A program made the translations under genes and the position numbers. 64,000 nucleotides of DNA. Source: Eledone cirrhosa. Its lineage: Eukaryota. This document shows, in pieces, positions 1 through 13,115 of this stretch; positions within the stretch are counted from its first letter, which is position 1; every line of letters starts with the position of its first letter. The notes beneath the pieces were generated by a model. It was given only the letters and a program-made list of their open reading frames with translations. It was not told the DNA's origin and did no database searches. The stretch covers positions 57,660,001 to 57,724,000 of the forward strand of contig OZ024747.1 of the NCBI GenBank assembly GCA_964016885.1, in the 5' to 3' direction.

Positions 1-80
1 TAATTTTGGTTGGAGTTCATTTATGTTTATTGCCTCTGTGATTTGTGTTTCTTATTGGCAACATGACCCTCCAAAAGCAT

Positions 81-85
<5 letters not shown>
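1..85 (+). mobile_element. 3' end of HHR-cassette family B (PLE pseudo-LTR-like), ending in (TA)n
   Basis: TGTGTTTCTTATTGGCAACATGACCCTCCAAAAGCATAACAA matches ~8867-8908 of the 8449-8967 element; it stops at the same internal ATAT position. Confidence 0.7.
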
Positions 86-144
<59 letters not shown>

Positions 145-160
145 ATACTCTCTCTCTCTC

Positions 161-202
<42 letters not shown>

Positions 203-569
203 CTTGACTTATAAATAATGAGGCGGTATCGATGGGACAGCCGATTCATGAAACTAACGATTTGTGTATTCCATAAACACGTGTAACGTGTTTCAGTATG
301 ACACATTGTTTTACAAAGCTGGCCCTTTGTATTACAGGCCACGTCTACACAGTTTCTCCTTACAAGGCTGCCATTTCCCACTTAGATAATAACATAATGA
401 CTATAAGAAAGGGATACATAATACACGGTATATGTCTAGATATATTATATTTCTTTTTGCTGATTTACCTCTCCCAGCCGACAGTGCAAAGCCATGCTGG
501 AGCATAGTCATGATCAACACAATTTGAACGACCTTTCAATGCCTCAGCAACCGAAGCAGTAATAGAACT

Positions 570-866
570 AAGGTTGGATTTAGGCCTTAGGGGTCGGGGG
601 CACTTCAGGTTTGGGGGAGCCCCTTATACACAAAACATTAGAATAAACAGAATCCGCCCCCAATTTTACATATCAAAGTTAGCTTGGTGCAAGTAACTGG
701 AATTAGAAATTTCCACATAGAGGTATTAAATACAAAACTATTAAACATCCTAAAACTAAAAGAAAAAACAGCTGAGGGCAGAAATAAGTTGCTACGCCGT
801 CGCAGGTGCCAACAGCAGGGGTCCTGGGGCAATTGCCCCTATTACTCCCCATTTAATACGGCCCTC
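570..866. mobile_element. degenerate non-autonomous hAT-like DNA transposon (MITE)
   Basis: Ends AAGGTTGGATTTA ... TTAATACGGCCCT resemble CAGGGCCGGATT-type hAT TIRs, with GC-rich subterminal GGGGC/GCCCC motifs; no TSD confirmed. Confidence 0.4.
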
Positions 867-904
867 ATTAGAACAACGAAGTAATGGAATAATTAGAGAG
901 GTTA

Positions 905-1000
905 GAGAATTTTAATTGGAAAGTTGTAAGTTCGATTTCTGGAGCGGGCGATGCATTATGATCTTGCGCAAGGCACTTTATTTCACGTTGCTCTTTCTGC
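905..1000 (+). mobile_element. degenerate tRNA-derived SINE, second family (CORE-like)
   Basis: Box-B-like GTTCGATT followed by CTTGCGCAAGGCACTTTATTTCAC; related fragments at ~28630-28690 (-), ~60600-60675 (-) and ~62900-62960 (+). Confidence 0.45.
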
Positions 1001-1132
1001 CAGAAGTTGCGACCGGTAGATAGTATCGGCAATGGAAAGATGAATGGAAACATTGTTTCGTTGTTTTGGTTTGACGAGTACCACCCCGTTCGATAAGCGA
1101 ATAACATCTGGGATCTAGTAAAAGGTATACCA

Positions 1133-1315
1133 ATAATTGTTTCTACTTTTGGCACAAGGCCAGCAATTACCCAGTGCATTACTGGTACTTTATTTTATCG
1201 ACCCCGTAAGGATGAAAGGCAAAATTAACCTCGGCGGGATTTGAACTCAGATCGTAAAGGGACGTAACTATGCTGGAAAGCATGGCGTCCGACCTTCTAC
1301 CGATACTGCCAATCC
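1133..1315 (-). mobile_element. tRNA-derived SINE, main family
   Basis: Minus strand reads GGATTGGCAGTATCGGTAG (box A-like) ... GAGTTCAAATCCC (box B) ... GCCTTTCATCCTTACGGGGTCGATAAAATAAAGTACCAGT (core) ... GGCCTTGTGCCAAAAGTAGAAACAATTAT; about 25 copies in window. Confidence 0.9.
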
Positions 1316-1860
1316 AAGGTATACAAATAATGTGCTCGATGTTGAAATTCCAATGAGGCAAACTGCGATTTTCGTCATATTGCCAGCGAGGAGAATTGCC
1401 AGAAATGTTAGTGTATCGTGTGAGGTGCTTTGACATATTAACACTGGCTCTTGGCGTTTGAGTTCATATCCCATTGTTGCCTACGTGGTTGGTATATTTA
1501 ATCGGACATACACTTTATCAGCCGCACCTGACTCTTGCGTGGTTTGGTGCCTGTAGCGGAATCTATACTCTAGCAAGTATATGAACAATGTTTCCGGTTT
1601 GAGGATACATTCCTCACTCCACTCACTCACTCACTCACTCACTCACTCACTCACTCACTTACGCACTCACTCACTCGCTCACTCGTTCGATGCCCGCCGC
1701 CGCCGCCCGCCGCCGCCACCGCCTCAAAGGTCCTCATAGATAAAGGGACTTGGTTGAAGCCTCATCCTATTTTACTAGGCTGCAAAAAGGATGATATATA
1801 GTGTCTTAGAGGAAGAGTCTTGATTAACACAACTGTCCAACTTATTATTGCACAATAAGA

Positions 1861-2035
1861 ATTGACTTAGGAGTAAGCAATAGTAACAGCAGCAATAACA
1901 ACATTAACAGTATTAGATATTGATTTAGTAGTAAACAACAGCAGCAACAACAGTAACAACAACAATATTAAGTGTTGGACATTGTCTTAAGAGTAAACAA
2001 CAACAACAGCAACTGTAACAGCAACAACAACATTG
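1861..2035. repeat. degenerate ~60-bp minisatellite (3 units) with CAA/CAG runs
   Basis: ATTGACTTAGGAGTAA / ATTGATTTAGTAGTAA / ATTGTCTTAAGAGTAA unit starts at 1861, 1919 and 1981. Confidence 0.6.
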
Positions 2036-2470
2036 ATGAATTAACATAATTAACTACAGACATCATTAACAACATAATGAACCTTTACTATATCATCAAT
2101 ATGTCCAACAGAAACACTTACATGTACTAAAACATAAGTCACATAAACACATATACACACATAGAATAATGAAATCCCAAAGCCTTGCATTATCAACAAA
2201 GCCAATATTGAAACCTTACGACATTAAAATCAAAATTAACATGTACTAAAGCAGCGAGAACATTATCACATTCACGAAACAACAGTAATAATGTTACTAC
2301 TACTACTACGACCACTACTAATACTATTACTACTACTACTAATAATAATAATACTAATAATAATAACAACGATAATAAAAAATGAATATGCAAAGGAACA
2401 ATAACAAAAAAAATGTTGTAAATATTTGAAACAACTGAAAGAAAATAAACAAATGAATATATATATGTAT

Positions 2471-2515
<45 letters not shown>

Positions 2516-2959
2516 CGTGTGTGCGTGTGTGTGTTGTGTATATCATGAAGTAAAATGAAATAAAATAAGCATGCATATAGTAAACAGAATCTCTGGTAAT
2601 ATCGATCTGTTTAAAATCAATACGTGTTCTACTATTTCGAAACCGAAGTAGAACAATGTTTTGAGATTGTAGCAGAATGCCAAATCTCTGTGCACTTAAA
2701 TAAATATTTCACTGAGAAGAAATATAAAAAAGAAGTTTCAAATTATAAAGAAAATAAAAGCAATTCAGACAAATATATATATAAAAACTTTAGCATTAAA
2801 TATTTCATCTAACATGGCAGACGTACGTGTTTAAATCCTTAAATGGATATCAAGATTCAAAGAAGTGAAATACACACGTCTCGCATCTATCAATCTATCT
2901 ATCTATCTATCTATCTATCTTCTCTCCTTCCCTATGTTCACATTTCTCTCTCTCTCTTG

Positions 2960-3092
<133 letters not shown>

Positions 3093-3359
3093 TGTATATC
3101 TATTCATCTATGTATTTATATATATCACAATGTTTCTTTTCTCTCTCTTTCTCTATGTTCATCTATCTATCTATCTAACCACCTATCTCTGTGCCTAAGT
3201 ACCTGCCTGACAACGTATATACTTGTTGGTCTCTCTATGTAAGTTATCTTTCGATTCATCTTTATATTTTCTCTCTTAAATTAATCGTATGTCCATGTAC
3301 AATCTAAGAATATCATACACACACACAATCCCAAACGCAAATGGGCACGCAGTCATACG

Positions 3360-3445
<86 letters not shown>

Positions 3446-3447
<2 letters not shown>

Positions 3448-3700
3448 AAAAAGTAATTTAAAACACAATTGGAGTCTTTAACAAGGTTTATTTTCTATAA
3501 TTTGTAACTACAGATTTCACAAGTTTCATGACTTTCAAAGGTGAAAAGAGATGCGTGATACAGGTCTCCATAGCCACACATCTCTACATCTTGCTTAACC
3601 TTTGAAAATCATGAAACTTATAAAACCTCTGAAGTTATAAATTAATGTAAATAAACCTTCTTAAAGACCCTAATCGTATTTTCAACTTCTTTTTTCTATC
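3446..3700. mobile_element. old fold-back cassette beside (TA)n (PLE pLTR-like, decayed HHR)
   Basis: ~3446-3545 is an imperfect reverse complement of ~3595-3698, with an AATAAA in each arm. Confidence 0.55.
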
Positions 3701-3759
3701 CATATGTAAAGAATTGCAAGAGCTGGTGCAGTAATGCACCAACTTAAGCGTTCAGTAAT

Positions 3760-4150
3760 CAGAAAATGTGAGATAGGTGTAAAAGCCAAACTCACTTTCT
3801 TCAATTAGGTATTCGTGCCAACCCTTAGCTATGGTTACGTAATGCCCGAAAGAATATGATCACAAATACAAGCGGTCGAAATGGGGTTCCTCCGAATGGT
3901 CTTCGGAGTAACGTTACTAGATAGTGTAGCTCGGAGATCAAAGAGTAGCACTGAGGTTGAGCCACTACTTCTCCGAATTGAGATATCACTGCTCCGATAC
4001 TATGAGTTAGAATCTCTCAAGAAAGAATCGCTGGACAGATTTTACGGGCACAACCAACCCGCAGGAGACCCAGGGATAGACCACGAGCAAGATAATTCGA
4101 TAACATACAGGAGCTATTCTCGTTTGGGTATCCAGCGGGCTCAGGACTGC
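3760..4150 (+). pseudogene. RTE-clade LINE 3' fragment (Rex3/Expander-like)
   Basis: Translation EMGFLRMVFGVTLLD...VEPLLLRIEISLLRYY matches the RTE post-RT motif; same family as 23830-25400. Confidence 0.75.
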
Positions 4151-4247
4151 GCGGAAGAAGAAGAGGAAGATTATATATAAACGTTTACAGGCATACGAAT
4201 CTATCTATCTACAGGCACACGCACATACACACACACACGCACGCACT

Positions 4248-4278
<31 letters not shown>

Positions 4279-5033
4279 GAATGAGTAAATCAGCTAATGC
4301 GTTTGGTTAATGGTATCTATTCCTTAATATCTTGAGTGTTTAGCATTCTAGAAGCAGCATATATGCATTAATATACAGCGTTAAATTGTGTAATTTGATC
4401 CTATGTAAAATAAACTTTACATAAGGTTCCACACATACCTATGAAACCGAATGCAGGTATGCCTACACGAACATACGTGCAACTAATAACTGGCGTATCA
4501 CGCATACACATACAAAAATATAAAGAAATTTATTTAAAAAAATGAAACGAAATCACAAAATGTTTTAAGTGATATTTGATTTTATGTAAACAAAACTAAA
4601 GGAAACAGCTGAGAGATAATAATTATTCCCAAATATAACCGACTTTAGAAATGGTAGTTTAAGTAATCGATAGATCAAAAAGAGAAACGGGAAGAAATAT
4701 TAAGAAATAAATCAAGAAAATTAAAAATAAGTTACACACATGTAAGATAACGAAAGCAGAGCACAAACGGTAAAACTTTCAAAATGGTGTCTTTTACTTT
4801 TCTTCGTGTGTATTCTAAAACCACGTCAGAGAAGATTGCTTCTAATGGCGCTCGTATAGAATATATATAGTTGTGTCGCCTTTATCGCTAAGATATTTCA
4901 TTGACAAAAAGCAAAGTGTTTCAGTTATGTTTTGTTTTTCACCCCTTTTCGTATAAATTTCCATCATCTTTCAATTAACGCTCTAAGAATTGAAATTAAC
5001 TCTATATATTTACATGGCAATATATATACACAG

Positions 5034-5106
<73 letters not shown>

Positions 5107-5175
5107 GTAAGTATGTTTTCAAATTGCGAGCAAGTTTGAAATTAGAAATAGCTTTCACCGTATTTTTGACTAAAG

Positions 5176-5229
<54 letters not shown>

Positions 5230-5369
5230 AATATATATATATAAACAATATATATATATATATATAAACAATATATATATATATAACATAAACATTATAT
5301 ATATATATACATATATATATATATAAACATATATATATAACGTTTATATATATATATATATATAATGTT

Positions 5370-5403
<34 letters not shown>

Positions 5404-5462
5404 AACATATATATATAACGTTTATATATATATATATATATAATGTTTATATATATATATAT

Positions 5463-5583
5463 ATAATTGTTTCTACTTTTGGCACAAGGCCACCACTTAT
5501 TACCCAGTACATTACTGGTACTTTATTTTATCGACTCCGTAAGGATGAAAAGCAAAGTTGACCTCGGCGGGATTTGAACTCAG
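5463..5583 (-). mobile_element. SINE main family, 5'-truncated
   Basis: Core and 3' end match 1133-1315. Confidence 0.85.
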
Positions 5584-5586
5584 AAT

Positions 5587-5625
<39 letters not shown>

Positions 5626-5626
5626 G

Positions 5627-5659
<33 letters not shown>

Positions 5660-5742
5660 ATGTTTATATATATATGTATATATAATGTTTATATATATAT
5701 ATATATATAATGTTTATATGTATATATATATACATACATATA

Positions 5743-5773
<31 letters not shown>

Positions 5774-5805
5774 AGATCAAAAGATGGTTAAAGGAGTTCC
5801 ATGTA

Positions 5806-5872
5806 TTTTATTATGCGCATTTCAAAAACAAACATCATCATGCAATAATATTTGTGTTTTCATCAGATAAAA
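5806..5872 (-). ncRNA. type I hammerhead ribozyme (family A, inverted arm)
   Basis: Minus strand: TTTTAT-CTGATGA-stem II-GAAA-TGCGCA-TA-ATAAAA. Confidence 0.85.
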
Positions 5873-6029
5873 CAGGAGGACATGATATGAAGGCTAAAAA
5901 ACACTTGTGGATAGTGCAGTTTTAAATCAACATATGTTGATTTAAAACTGATATGTTGATTTAAAACTGATATGTTGATTTAAAACTGCACTATCCACAA
6001 GTGTTTTTTATCCTTCATATCATGTCCTG

Positions 6030-6096
6030 TTTTATCTGATGAAAACACAAATATTATTGCATGATGATGTTTATTTTTGAAATGCGCATAATAAAA
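6030..6096 (+). ncRNA. type I hammerhead ribozyme (family A)
   Basis: Stem I TTTTAT/ATAAAA; CTGATGA 6036-6042; stem II AAACACAAATAT...ATGTTTATTTTT; GAAA; palindromic stem III TGCGCA; AUA site after 6090. Confidence 0.85.
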
Positions 6097-6254
6097 TACA
6101 TGGAACTCCTTTAACCATCTTTTGATCTTATATATTATGTATACTCCAGTCCTACAAACTGTAGAGTGCTTCTTATCCGATATCTGCATTGCTTTATTGT
6201 ACTACAATAAAATTCACCTCCTACACACATATATATATATATATATATATGTAT

Positions 6255-6414
6255 ATAATTGTTTCTACTTTGGGCACAAGGCCAGCAATTACCCAGTGCA
6301 TTACTGGTACTTTATTTTATCGACCCCGTAAGGATGAAAGGCAAAGTTAACCTCGGCGGGATTTGAACTCAGAATCCAAAGCATGGCTCCGACCCTCTAC
6401 CGATTCTGCCAATC
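6255..6414 (-). mobile_element. SINE main family (internal deletion)
   Basis: Matches 1133-1315. Confidence 0.85.
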
Positions 6415-6469
6415 TATATAATGTTTATATATATATGAATATATATATATATGGATATATATATATATG

Positions 6470-6599
<130 letters not shown>

Positions 6600-6754
6600 C
6601 AAATAACGAAACGAAATTAAATTTCGTTTCGTTTGTAACTCACTTTTGTATGACTGACGCTTAAACAATTAAGTTAAAAATGTACATCCACATATGTATA
6701 TATATATATATATATAATGTTTATATATATATATATATGAATATATATATACAT

Positions 6755-6941
6755 ATAATTGTTTCTACTTTTGGCACAAGGCCAGCAATTATCCCAGTGT
6801 ATTACTGGTACTTTATTTTATCGACCCCGTAAGGATGAAAGGCAAAGTTAACCTCGGCGGGAATTGAACTCAGATCATAAAGGGAGGCAACTCTATGCTT
6901 CAAAGCATGGTGCCCGACCTTCTACCGATACTGCCAATCCA
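6755..6941 (-). mobile_element. SINE main family
   Basis: Matches 1133-1315. Confidence 0.9.
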
Positions 6942-7479
6942 CATAATGTTTATATATCTATAACAGAGTTTAGTTCCTTGCTTGAATCATTGTTGAATAG
7001 GAAACACAAATTGAAATAATTTTGAAAACCAAACAATGCAATAGATAGAAAATTAAATCGCTCAGATAAAAGAATCACATCTTAGCAAATTTAATGATCC
7101 CAAATATTTTCTGGTTTAAAAATCCATTATCAAAGGGGAGTAACCCTATGAGAGACTTAAACGTCGATCGGAGTCGACTTGCTTATTTGGAAGCAGATTT
7201 AAGTTGAATGAAATGAAAAGATATTAAAATTTCGAACTTGGGCATTGTGAAATATATGATATATGCATGTATGTGCGTGAATGTAAGTGTGCTTAGTAGG
7301 ATGTTTGTATGTTTGCTCATGAATGTAAGTTTATGTAGTGAAAGATGTGTGCGAATATGTATATAGTAAAACGGGAAAAATGTGTGTGACATATGTATTT
7401 GTGTGTGTGAGTGTAAGTTTGTTTACCTAGTGATACATTTATTGTAAGAAAGAATGAAACTGGCCGCTGGGATGTTGAA

Positions 7480-8215
7480 ATACCGGCTTTTAAATTAGAC
7501 ATTCTAGTGCACGTCTTTCCCTTCGATTATTGATCCTAGGTTTTAATTGCTTGATTAAGAGGGCTTCCTTAATTCTCAGTGTCCTATACAGCTTTCGGTA
7601 GCTAAGAATGTCGTGGCAATGTTGTTCCGATTTCCACATTTGATGATGTATTTGCGGTAGGAAGAGGAGTTGGTGTTAACATGCTCTTTAATACGGAGAT
7701 GTAACGGTCGAAAAGTGCTACCTATGTAAAATAGATTGCACTTGTAACATTCTAGCTTGTATACTATGTAGGTAACAATTAGTGTTGCGGATAGGGCAAT
7801 TGGCTAGGCTGCATCCGTTATCCTCGTTGGGGTGTTGCTTTGTGGAGAGGTATCTTCGCAGGAAAGGTCCAGACTGAGCCAGTTTGATATTGAATCCCTC
7901 TCTGTTTTGCGTATGGCGTTGGCGGTTTCCTCGCTGAGATGAGGGATCTTGAAGAAGCAACTGTTGTTTGTGTTGGTCCGATCTCTGGGTCTGGCGTTTC
8001 GCCATGTGATGGAGAAGGAAACTAGGTAGCCGTTAATCTCTAGTATCTTGTGGAATCGTCTGATATGGGTGGCTCTATTAGCAGCGTCATGGCATCGGTC
8101 GCTAATGCGAGCCATTTCGTTTTAGAGCTGTTGGGGAGGGTAGATTTTTAATGAACAAACAGTTCCCTGCTGGTCTCATTGCGGTAGAAATCAGTGTGGA
8201 TTTCACCACTATCAG
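7480..8215 (-). pseudogene. Penelope-like element fragment (RT thumb + GIY-YIG endonuclease), disrupted
   Basis: Minus-strand frames give IHTDFYRNETSRELFVH, FFKIPHLSEETANAIRK, VYKLECYKCNLFYIGSTFRPLHLRIKEH (GIY-YIG) and LRIKEALLIKQLKPRINNR. Confidence 0.85.
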
Positions 8216-8355
8216 AGATTTTTAAGTCTCTCACACGGTTACTTCCTTGATAATGGGTTTTTAAAACCTATATTTGGTATCATTAAATTTGATAAGGTAA
8301 GATTATTTTGTTATCTTGGCGTTTAATTTTCTTTCTATTGCATAGTATGGTTTTT

Positions 8356-8435
<80 letters not shown>

Positions 8436-8448
8436 AATATATATATAT

Positions 8449-8967
8449 ATTGTTATACTTTGGGAGGGTCATGTTGCCAATAAGAAACACACGCACCAGT
8501 TGCTTTCACTTCAATTTATTATATATTTATAAATTTACAAATTTATAAATTTATAAATTTCTGGTTGGTTGGTTGGTTCCACAACCAGATAGTTGTTTAT
8601 ATATAGTCATAGTCCTTTCGTCACACACTCTGTGACCTCTTCTGTTTCAGAAACAAAATGGCGTAGGACAGAGAAAGGAGAGGCACAGAAACAAAGAAAG
8701 GAATCCCCAGTCACCGAAGAGGTCACAGAGTGTGTGACGAAAGGACTATGACTATATATAAACAACTATCTGGTTGTGGAACCAACCAACCAACCAGAAA
8801 TTTATAAATTTATAAATTTGTAAATTTATAAATATATAATAAATTGAAGTGAAAGCAACTGGTGCGTGTGTTTCTTATTGACAACATGACCCTCCCAAAG
8901 TATAACAATATCGGTTTCAACACACGATTTCAGATAAAGAATCTTGCTAAACAAATTCAGAAACGAA
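8449..8967. mobile_element. fold-back HHR cassette family B
   Basis: Arms ~8449-8642 and ~8716-8909 are near-perfect reverse complements; ~58-bp tail on the right arm; (TA)n on both sides. Confidence 0.9.
8709..8753 (+). ncRNA. hammerhead ribozyme variant (core CCGAAGA)
   Basis: AGTCA-CCGAAGA-GGTCAC(loop)GTGAC-GAAA-GGAC-TA-TGACT; stems I and II intact, U4C change in core. Confidence 0.65.
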
Positions 8968-9748
8968 ATATATATATATATATATATACGTAGATATTTA
9001 TATATATAGAAATATATATACATACATATATAAATATATTGTAATAAATCACACGAATACATCAATTTCACAGTTAAAGGACGAATATTTATTACATAAC
9101 TGACACGTGTTTCACCAATAATTTCTCTATCTCTCCACCCCCTCTCTCTCTCTATATATATATATACGTATATATATATATATATATAGAGACAGAGAGA
9201 TTGATGTATGTGTGTGTGTGTGTGTGTGCGTGTATGCATGTGTGAACAACAATAGAGTTGTTTGCCTCATACTGTCTATAATTATGAAGTTGACACTAAG
9301 GAATTATACAATAAGATCTTAAGCCTGCGGTTACAGTTACAAAATTCATAAGGACGGAGAAGGTAACAGATGCACAACAATCATATATCAAGGGAGAAAT
9401 CATTTCTTGTCACTTTTGTCATCGCAGGCAAAAGGAAAACAACATATGATAGTAGCTTACCCGTGATAATCATCCAAGATATATTCATTAATTATGAAAT
9501 AATTAAATGTGGAAAACTTAGTGTAATGTAGTGTATATACATATTACTAGAATTCAATGCCTTTCAGCTACGTGCTAATTAGATCATTTCATTGAAATCA
9601 AATTAATACGCTATTCACCATGGAAATAGAAATGATGGTGTAGCAGTCATGTTTAGCTACTGTGTTATGTTAATGATATTTACGCTGCATAAAGTATCAT
9701 GTAATTTTCTTTTGCTTTACATCAAATCTGTGATAAACACACAAATAT

Positions 9749-9803
<55 letters not shown>

Positions 9804-9878
9804 ATACATACATACTTAAGTACATACCTACATGCATACATACTTACATACGTACTTACATACACACACACATACATA

Positions 9879-9917
<39 letters not shown>

Positions 9918-10571
9918 ATAAATTTTTGATGCGACGTTTGTTTCAATTTTAAATTGGATAATAATTTAGTAAGCGAAACAGCAAGCCAAAATTTACATCT
10001 AGTAGAAATATGAAAAAAATATACAAATGCAAACACACTAAAGCACACACACAAATTCGCATGCACAAGGTTGCAAGTACACAGAAAGAATCAGACACTC
10101 ATGCACAAATAGTCTTACACACAAAATTAATAGACATACGTTAACATAGATAATATCACATATGCCCACGCACATAGATAATATCACATATGCTCTCCTA
10201 GATACACACATACACACACATACACACATAGAAAGATATGCCCTGGTAAATACTCACACACACAAATGCTCTTTCGCTCCCTCTCTCTCACACACATATA
10301 TATATATACACACATACAAATAGTCTACCATATACACAGGCACGTATGTGCATACACAAAGAAATAGATAATATACTTATGGCAGTGAAAATGTCAGAAA
10401 GGTTTCGAAAAAAATCAATATCTAATGAAGACAGGAACTTTTGTAAAATGATGGAACTTTCTCACAGAATTTCAAACGCATCTAATTTCTCAGACATATT
10501 CTTGGATTGAAAGGCTGGAATGCATCTCCATCGTTTTCACATTACCTGCTGTATGGAGAATTTATATACAT

Positions 10572-10760
10572 ATAATTGTTTCTACTTTATGCACAAGGCC
10601 AGCAAATACCCAGTGCATTACTGGTACTTTATTTTATCGACCCCGTAAGGATGAAAAGCAAAGTCAACCTCGGCGGGATTTAAACTCAGATCGTAAAGGG
10701 ACGTAACTATGCTGGAAAGCATGGCGTCCGACCCTCTACCGATACTGCCAATCCACCGCC
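10572..10760 (-). mobile_element. SINE main family, full length
   Basis: Includes the 5' GGCGGTGGATTGGCAG head. Confidence 0.9.
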
Positions 10761-10920
10761 TTATTATATACATATAATAATAATAATTTATATACACCAA
10801 TTTATATACATATAATAATAATAAAAATGAGTATTACCGAAGTTGCAGCTGCACTATAGCATGTGAACAATCCTGAATGAGAGAGGACTTGATATATTTC
10901 TACCCAGAGCGAACACAATA

Positions 10921-11006
<86 letters not shown>

Positions 11007-11133
11007 GTGGGTAGTACTGGGAAATACGGATGTTGGTACCAAATTAAGAGCAATATATACACAGACTGAGTGTTTATAATAGAAAAAAAGGAGGAAGTTT
11101 CGTTTACATATGAAAAATATTTATTGCGTATAG

Positions 11134-11225
11134 ACCTGTTATGCGCGTTTCGCAGAGGATTGGCTCAAGGTGACCATTAGGAGTTATGGACCCGACTGCA
11201 ATATCGATCTGCTCCTCAGACTGGT
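11134..11225 (-). ncRNA. hammerhead ribozyme with long stem II insert
   Basis: Minus: ACCAGT-CTGAGGA-GCAGA...TCTGC-GAAA-CGCGCA-TA-ACAGGT, followed by AATAAA. Confidence 0.7.
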
Positions 11226-11289
11226 GATGCGACAAAAGATATATTTTTGTTGTGGTATGTGGACCGAGAAGGTATATATATATATAAAT

Positions 11290-11493
11290 ATTAATAAAAG
11301 GAATTGCAACTTTGTCTGATTTATTCGTTTTATTTACAATCCTTTAAAATTTATAATGGTATTAGAATGAAATAATATGGTAGACTATTAAATGTTAAGT
11401 GTTAATTGAACAAGTACTTTCATGCTTTCGCAATCTTCAGGTTCATAATGTCTGGTGACAGTCAAGTTTGCAATTTTCAACTGCATAATTTTC

Positions 11494-11495
<2 letters not shown>
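11290..11495 (-). mobile_element. HHR cassette family C, copy 1 (in TA array)
   Basis: Homologous to ~43775-43980. Confidence 0.8.
11407..11445 (-). ncRNA. minimal hammerhead ribozyme (family C)
   Basis: Minus: TGAAC-CTGAAGA-TTGC-GAAA-GCAT-GAAA-GTAC-TT-GTTCA; stem III is the palindrome AGTACT. Confidence 0.75.
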
Positions 11496-11535
<40 letters not shown>

Positions 11536-11669
11536 TAAAATAACAGATTTGCTCTACGGTTCTTATATATTTGATATATATTTTCCTTATCGAGTCCTCT
11601 TTGGATTTTAGTCTTCAATTTTATTATTATTACTATATATATATATATATATATATAATAATAACAACG

Positions 11670-11881
11670 ATAATTGTCTTTACTTTAGGCACACGGCCAC
11701 CAATTTGCAGGGGATGGGGATGTCGATGAAATCGACCCCCAGTAATTACTGGTGCTTTATTTTATTGACCCCAAATGGAAGAAAGGCAAAACTAACCTCG
11801 GCGGGATTTGAACTCGGAACGGAGAGGGCCATAACTCTATGCTACGAAGGGTGTCCGACGTGCTACTTATTCTGCCAATCC
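11670..11881 (-). mobile_element. SINE main family, longer subfamily
   Basis: Core plus extra GGGGTCGATTT segment; partial copy also at 11980-12063. Confidence 0.8.
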
Positions 11882-12473
11882 TCAATGTAAAGCAACAAGT
11901 TGACGACCATACTCAAATATAAATAAACCACAGAAAATAACGTTAAAATAATTGTTTTAGAGATCATGTCATCTATAAAATAATTGTTTCTACTTTTGGC
12001 ACAAGGCCAGCAAAAATCCACTGTATTACTGGTACTTTATTTTGTCGACCCCGTAAGGATGAAAAAAATAATGCGGCGCATATATAGTATAGAGCAACAG
12101 AGTTTTGTCGATTTAGACTTTAGTGAAAGTTTTACAATATCATTTCTTCCATTCCAAACGGAACTGATAAGTATTAACTCAGCTCAAATTGTGATAAGCC
12201 TCCAAATCTGAAATCAGTTCAGTATCACATCGCCATTGCATGTGTATCTTTCTTTAATACATCCGAGAACTTTGAACGAATGTATCATCAAAAAGTATTG
12301 ATACAACAAAGTAGGAAAAGTAATCCGTGTATTCTGGCAAAGTATATAATTGTTTAATTAATCGTTAGTTAATTAACTGTATGGCTGTCTATATCTGATG
12401 AAGAATAGCATATATATATACATATAATTGGTATTGGATGCTTAAAGCGTCCGTATGCGGTAGGCCGTATATG

Positions 12474-12504
<31 letters not shown>

Positions 12505-12643
12505 ATGTTTGAGTGTGTGTGTGTGTGTGTGCTTGAGTGTTTTTGTGTGTGTATCTCTGTTTGTAATAAATAAGTATATACATATGTATGTACACTCCCC
12601 CTTCAATGACGCACACAAGCAGACAAATCTCTCTCTCTCTCTT

Positions 12644-12731
<88 letters not shown>

Positions 12732-12914
12732 GTAAGTATGCATATGTACAGACACATATATACACATACATACACACATATATACATATGTTCATATAGG
12801 TTATATCGAACATTAATCATAATATTCGATACGTTTGTAAACAAACGGCCCGATTAAAGCTGTGCCATTCCGATGACAAATCGTCATCCGTTTTTTCAAC
12901 ACTGGCATTGAGGA

Positions 12915-12957
12915 ACAATCAACATGTTTCAGGGTCATTACCCTTCATCAGGACTGT
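12915..12957 (-). ncRNA. minimal type I hammerhead ribozyme
   Basis: Minus: ACAGTC-CTGATGA-AGGGT-AATG-ACCCT-GAAA-CATG-TT-GATTGT; all stems pair; stem III is the palindrome ACATGT. Confidence 0.85.
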
Positions 12958-13044
12958 ATACATCAGCCAATCTGTTGAACGGTTGAAAATATATAGTATT
13001 TTCTTAAGTACAGAAAATTCTAATTATATATATATATATAGCAC

Positions 13045-13115
<71 letters not shown>

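Larger units (their letters stand above)
5772..6228. mobile_element. fold-back HHR cassette family A, copy 1
   Basis: Near-perfect palindrome 5772-6130 centred on CATATG, plus ~100-bp unpaired tail; flanked by (TA)n; homologous to 29789-30752 and 31960-32218. Confidence 0.9.

Noticed and set aside
1133-1315. tRNA genes or a CRISPR-like array suggested by recurring repeats
   Set aside because: Box A/B motifs belong to dispersed SINE heads without a cloverleaf; repeats are irregularly spaced, eukaryotic context, no cas genes
1320-1550. Possible minus-strand exon after CTACAG acceptor
   Set aside because: All three frames stop within ~70 nt of the acceptor; no donor or homology recognised
5710-6189. 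Two near-identical ORFs (KIKRWLKEFHVFYYAHF...) on opposite strands
   Set aside because: By-product of the family A palindrome; they are antisense to the ribozymes and start in microsatellite or tail
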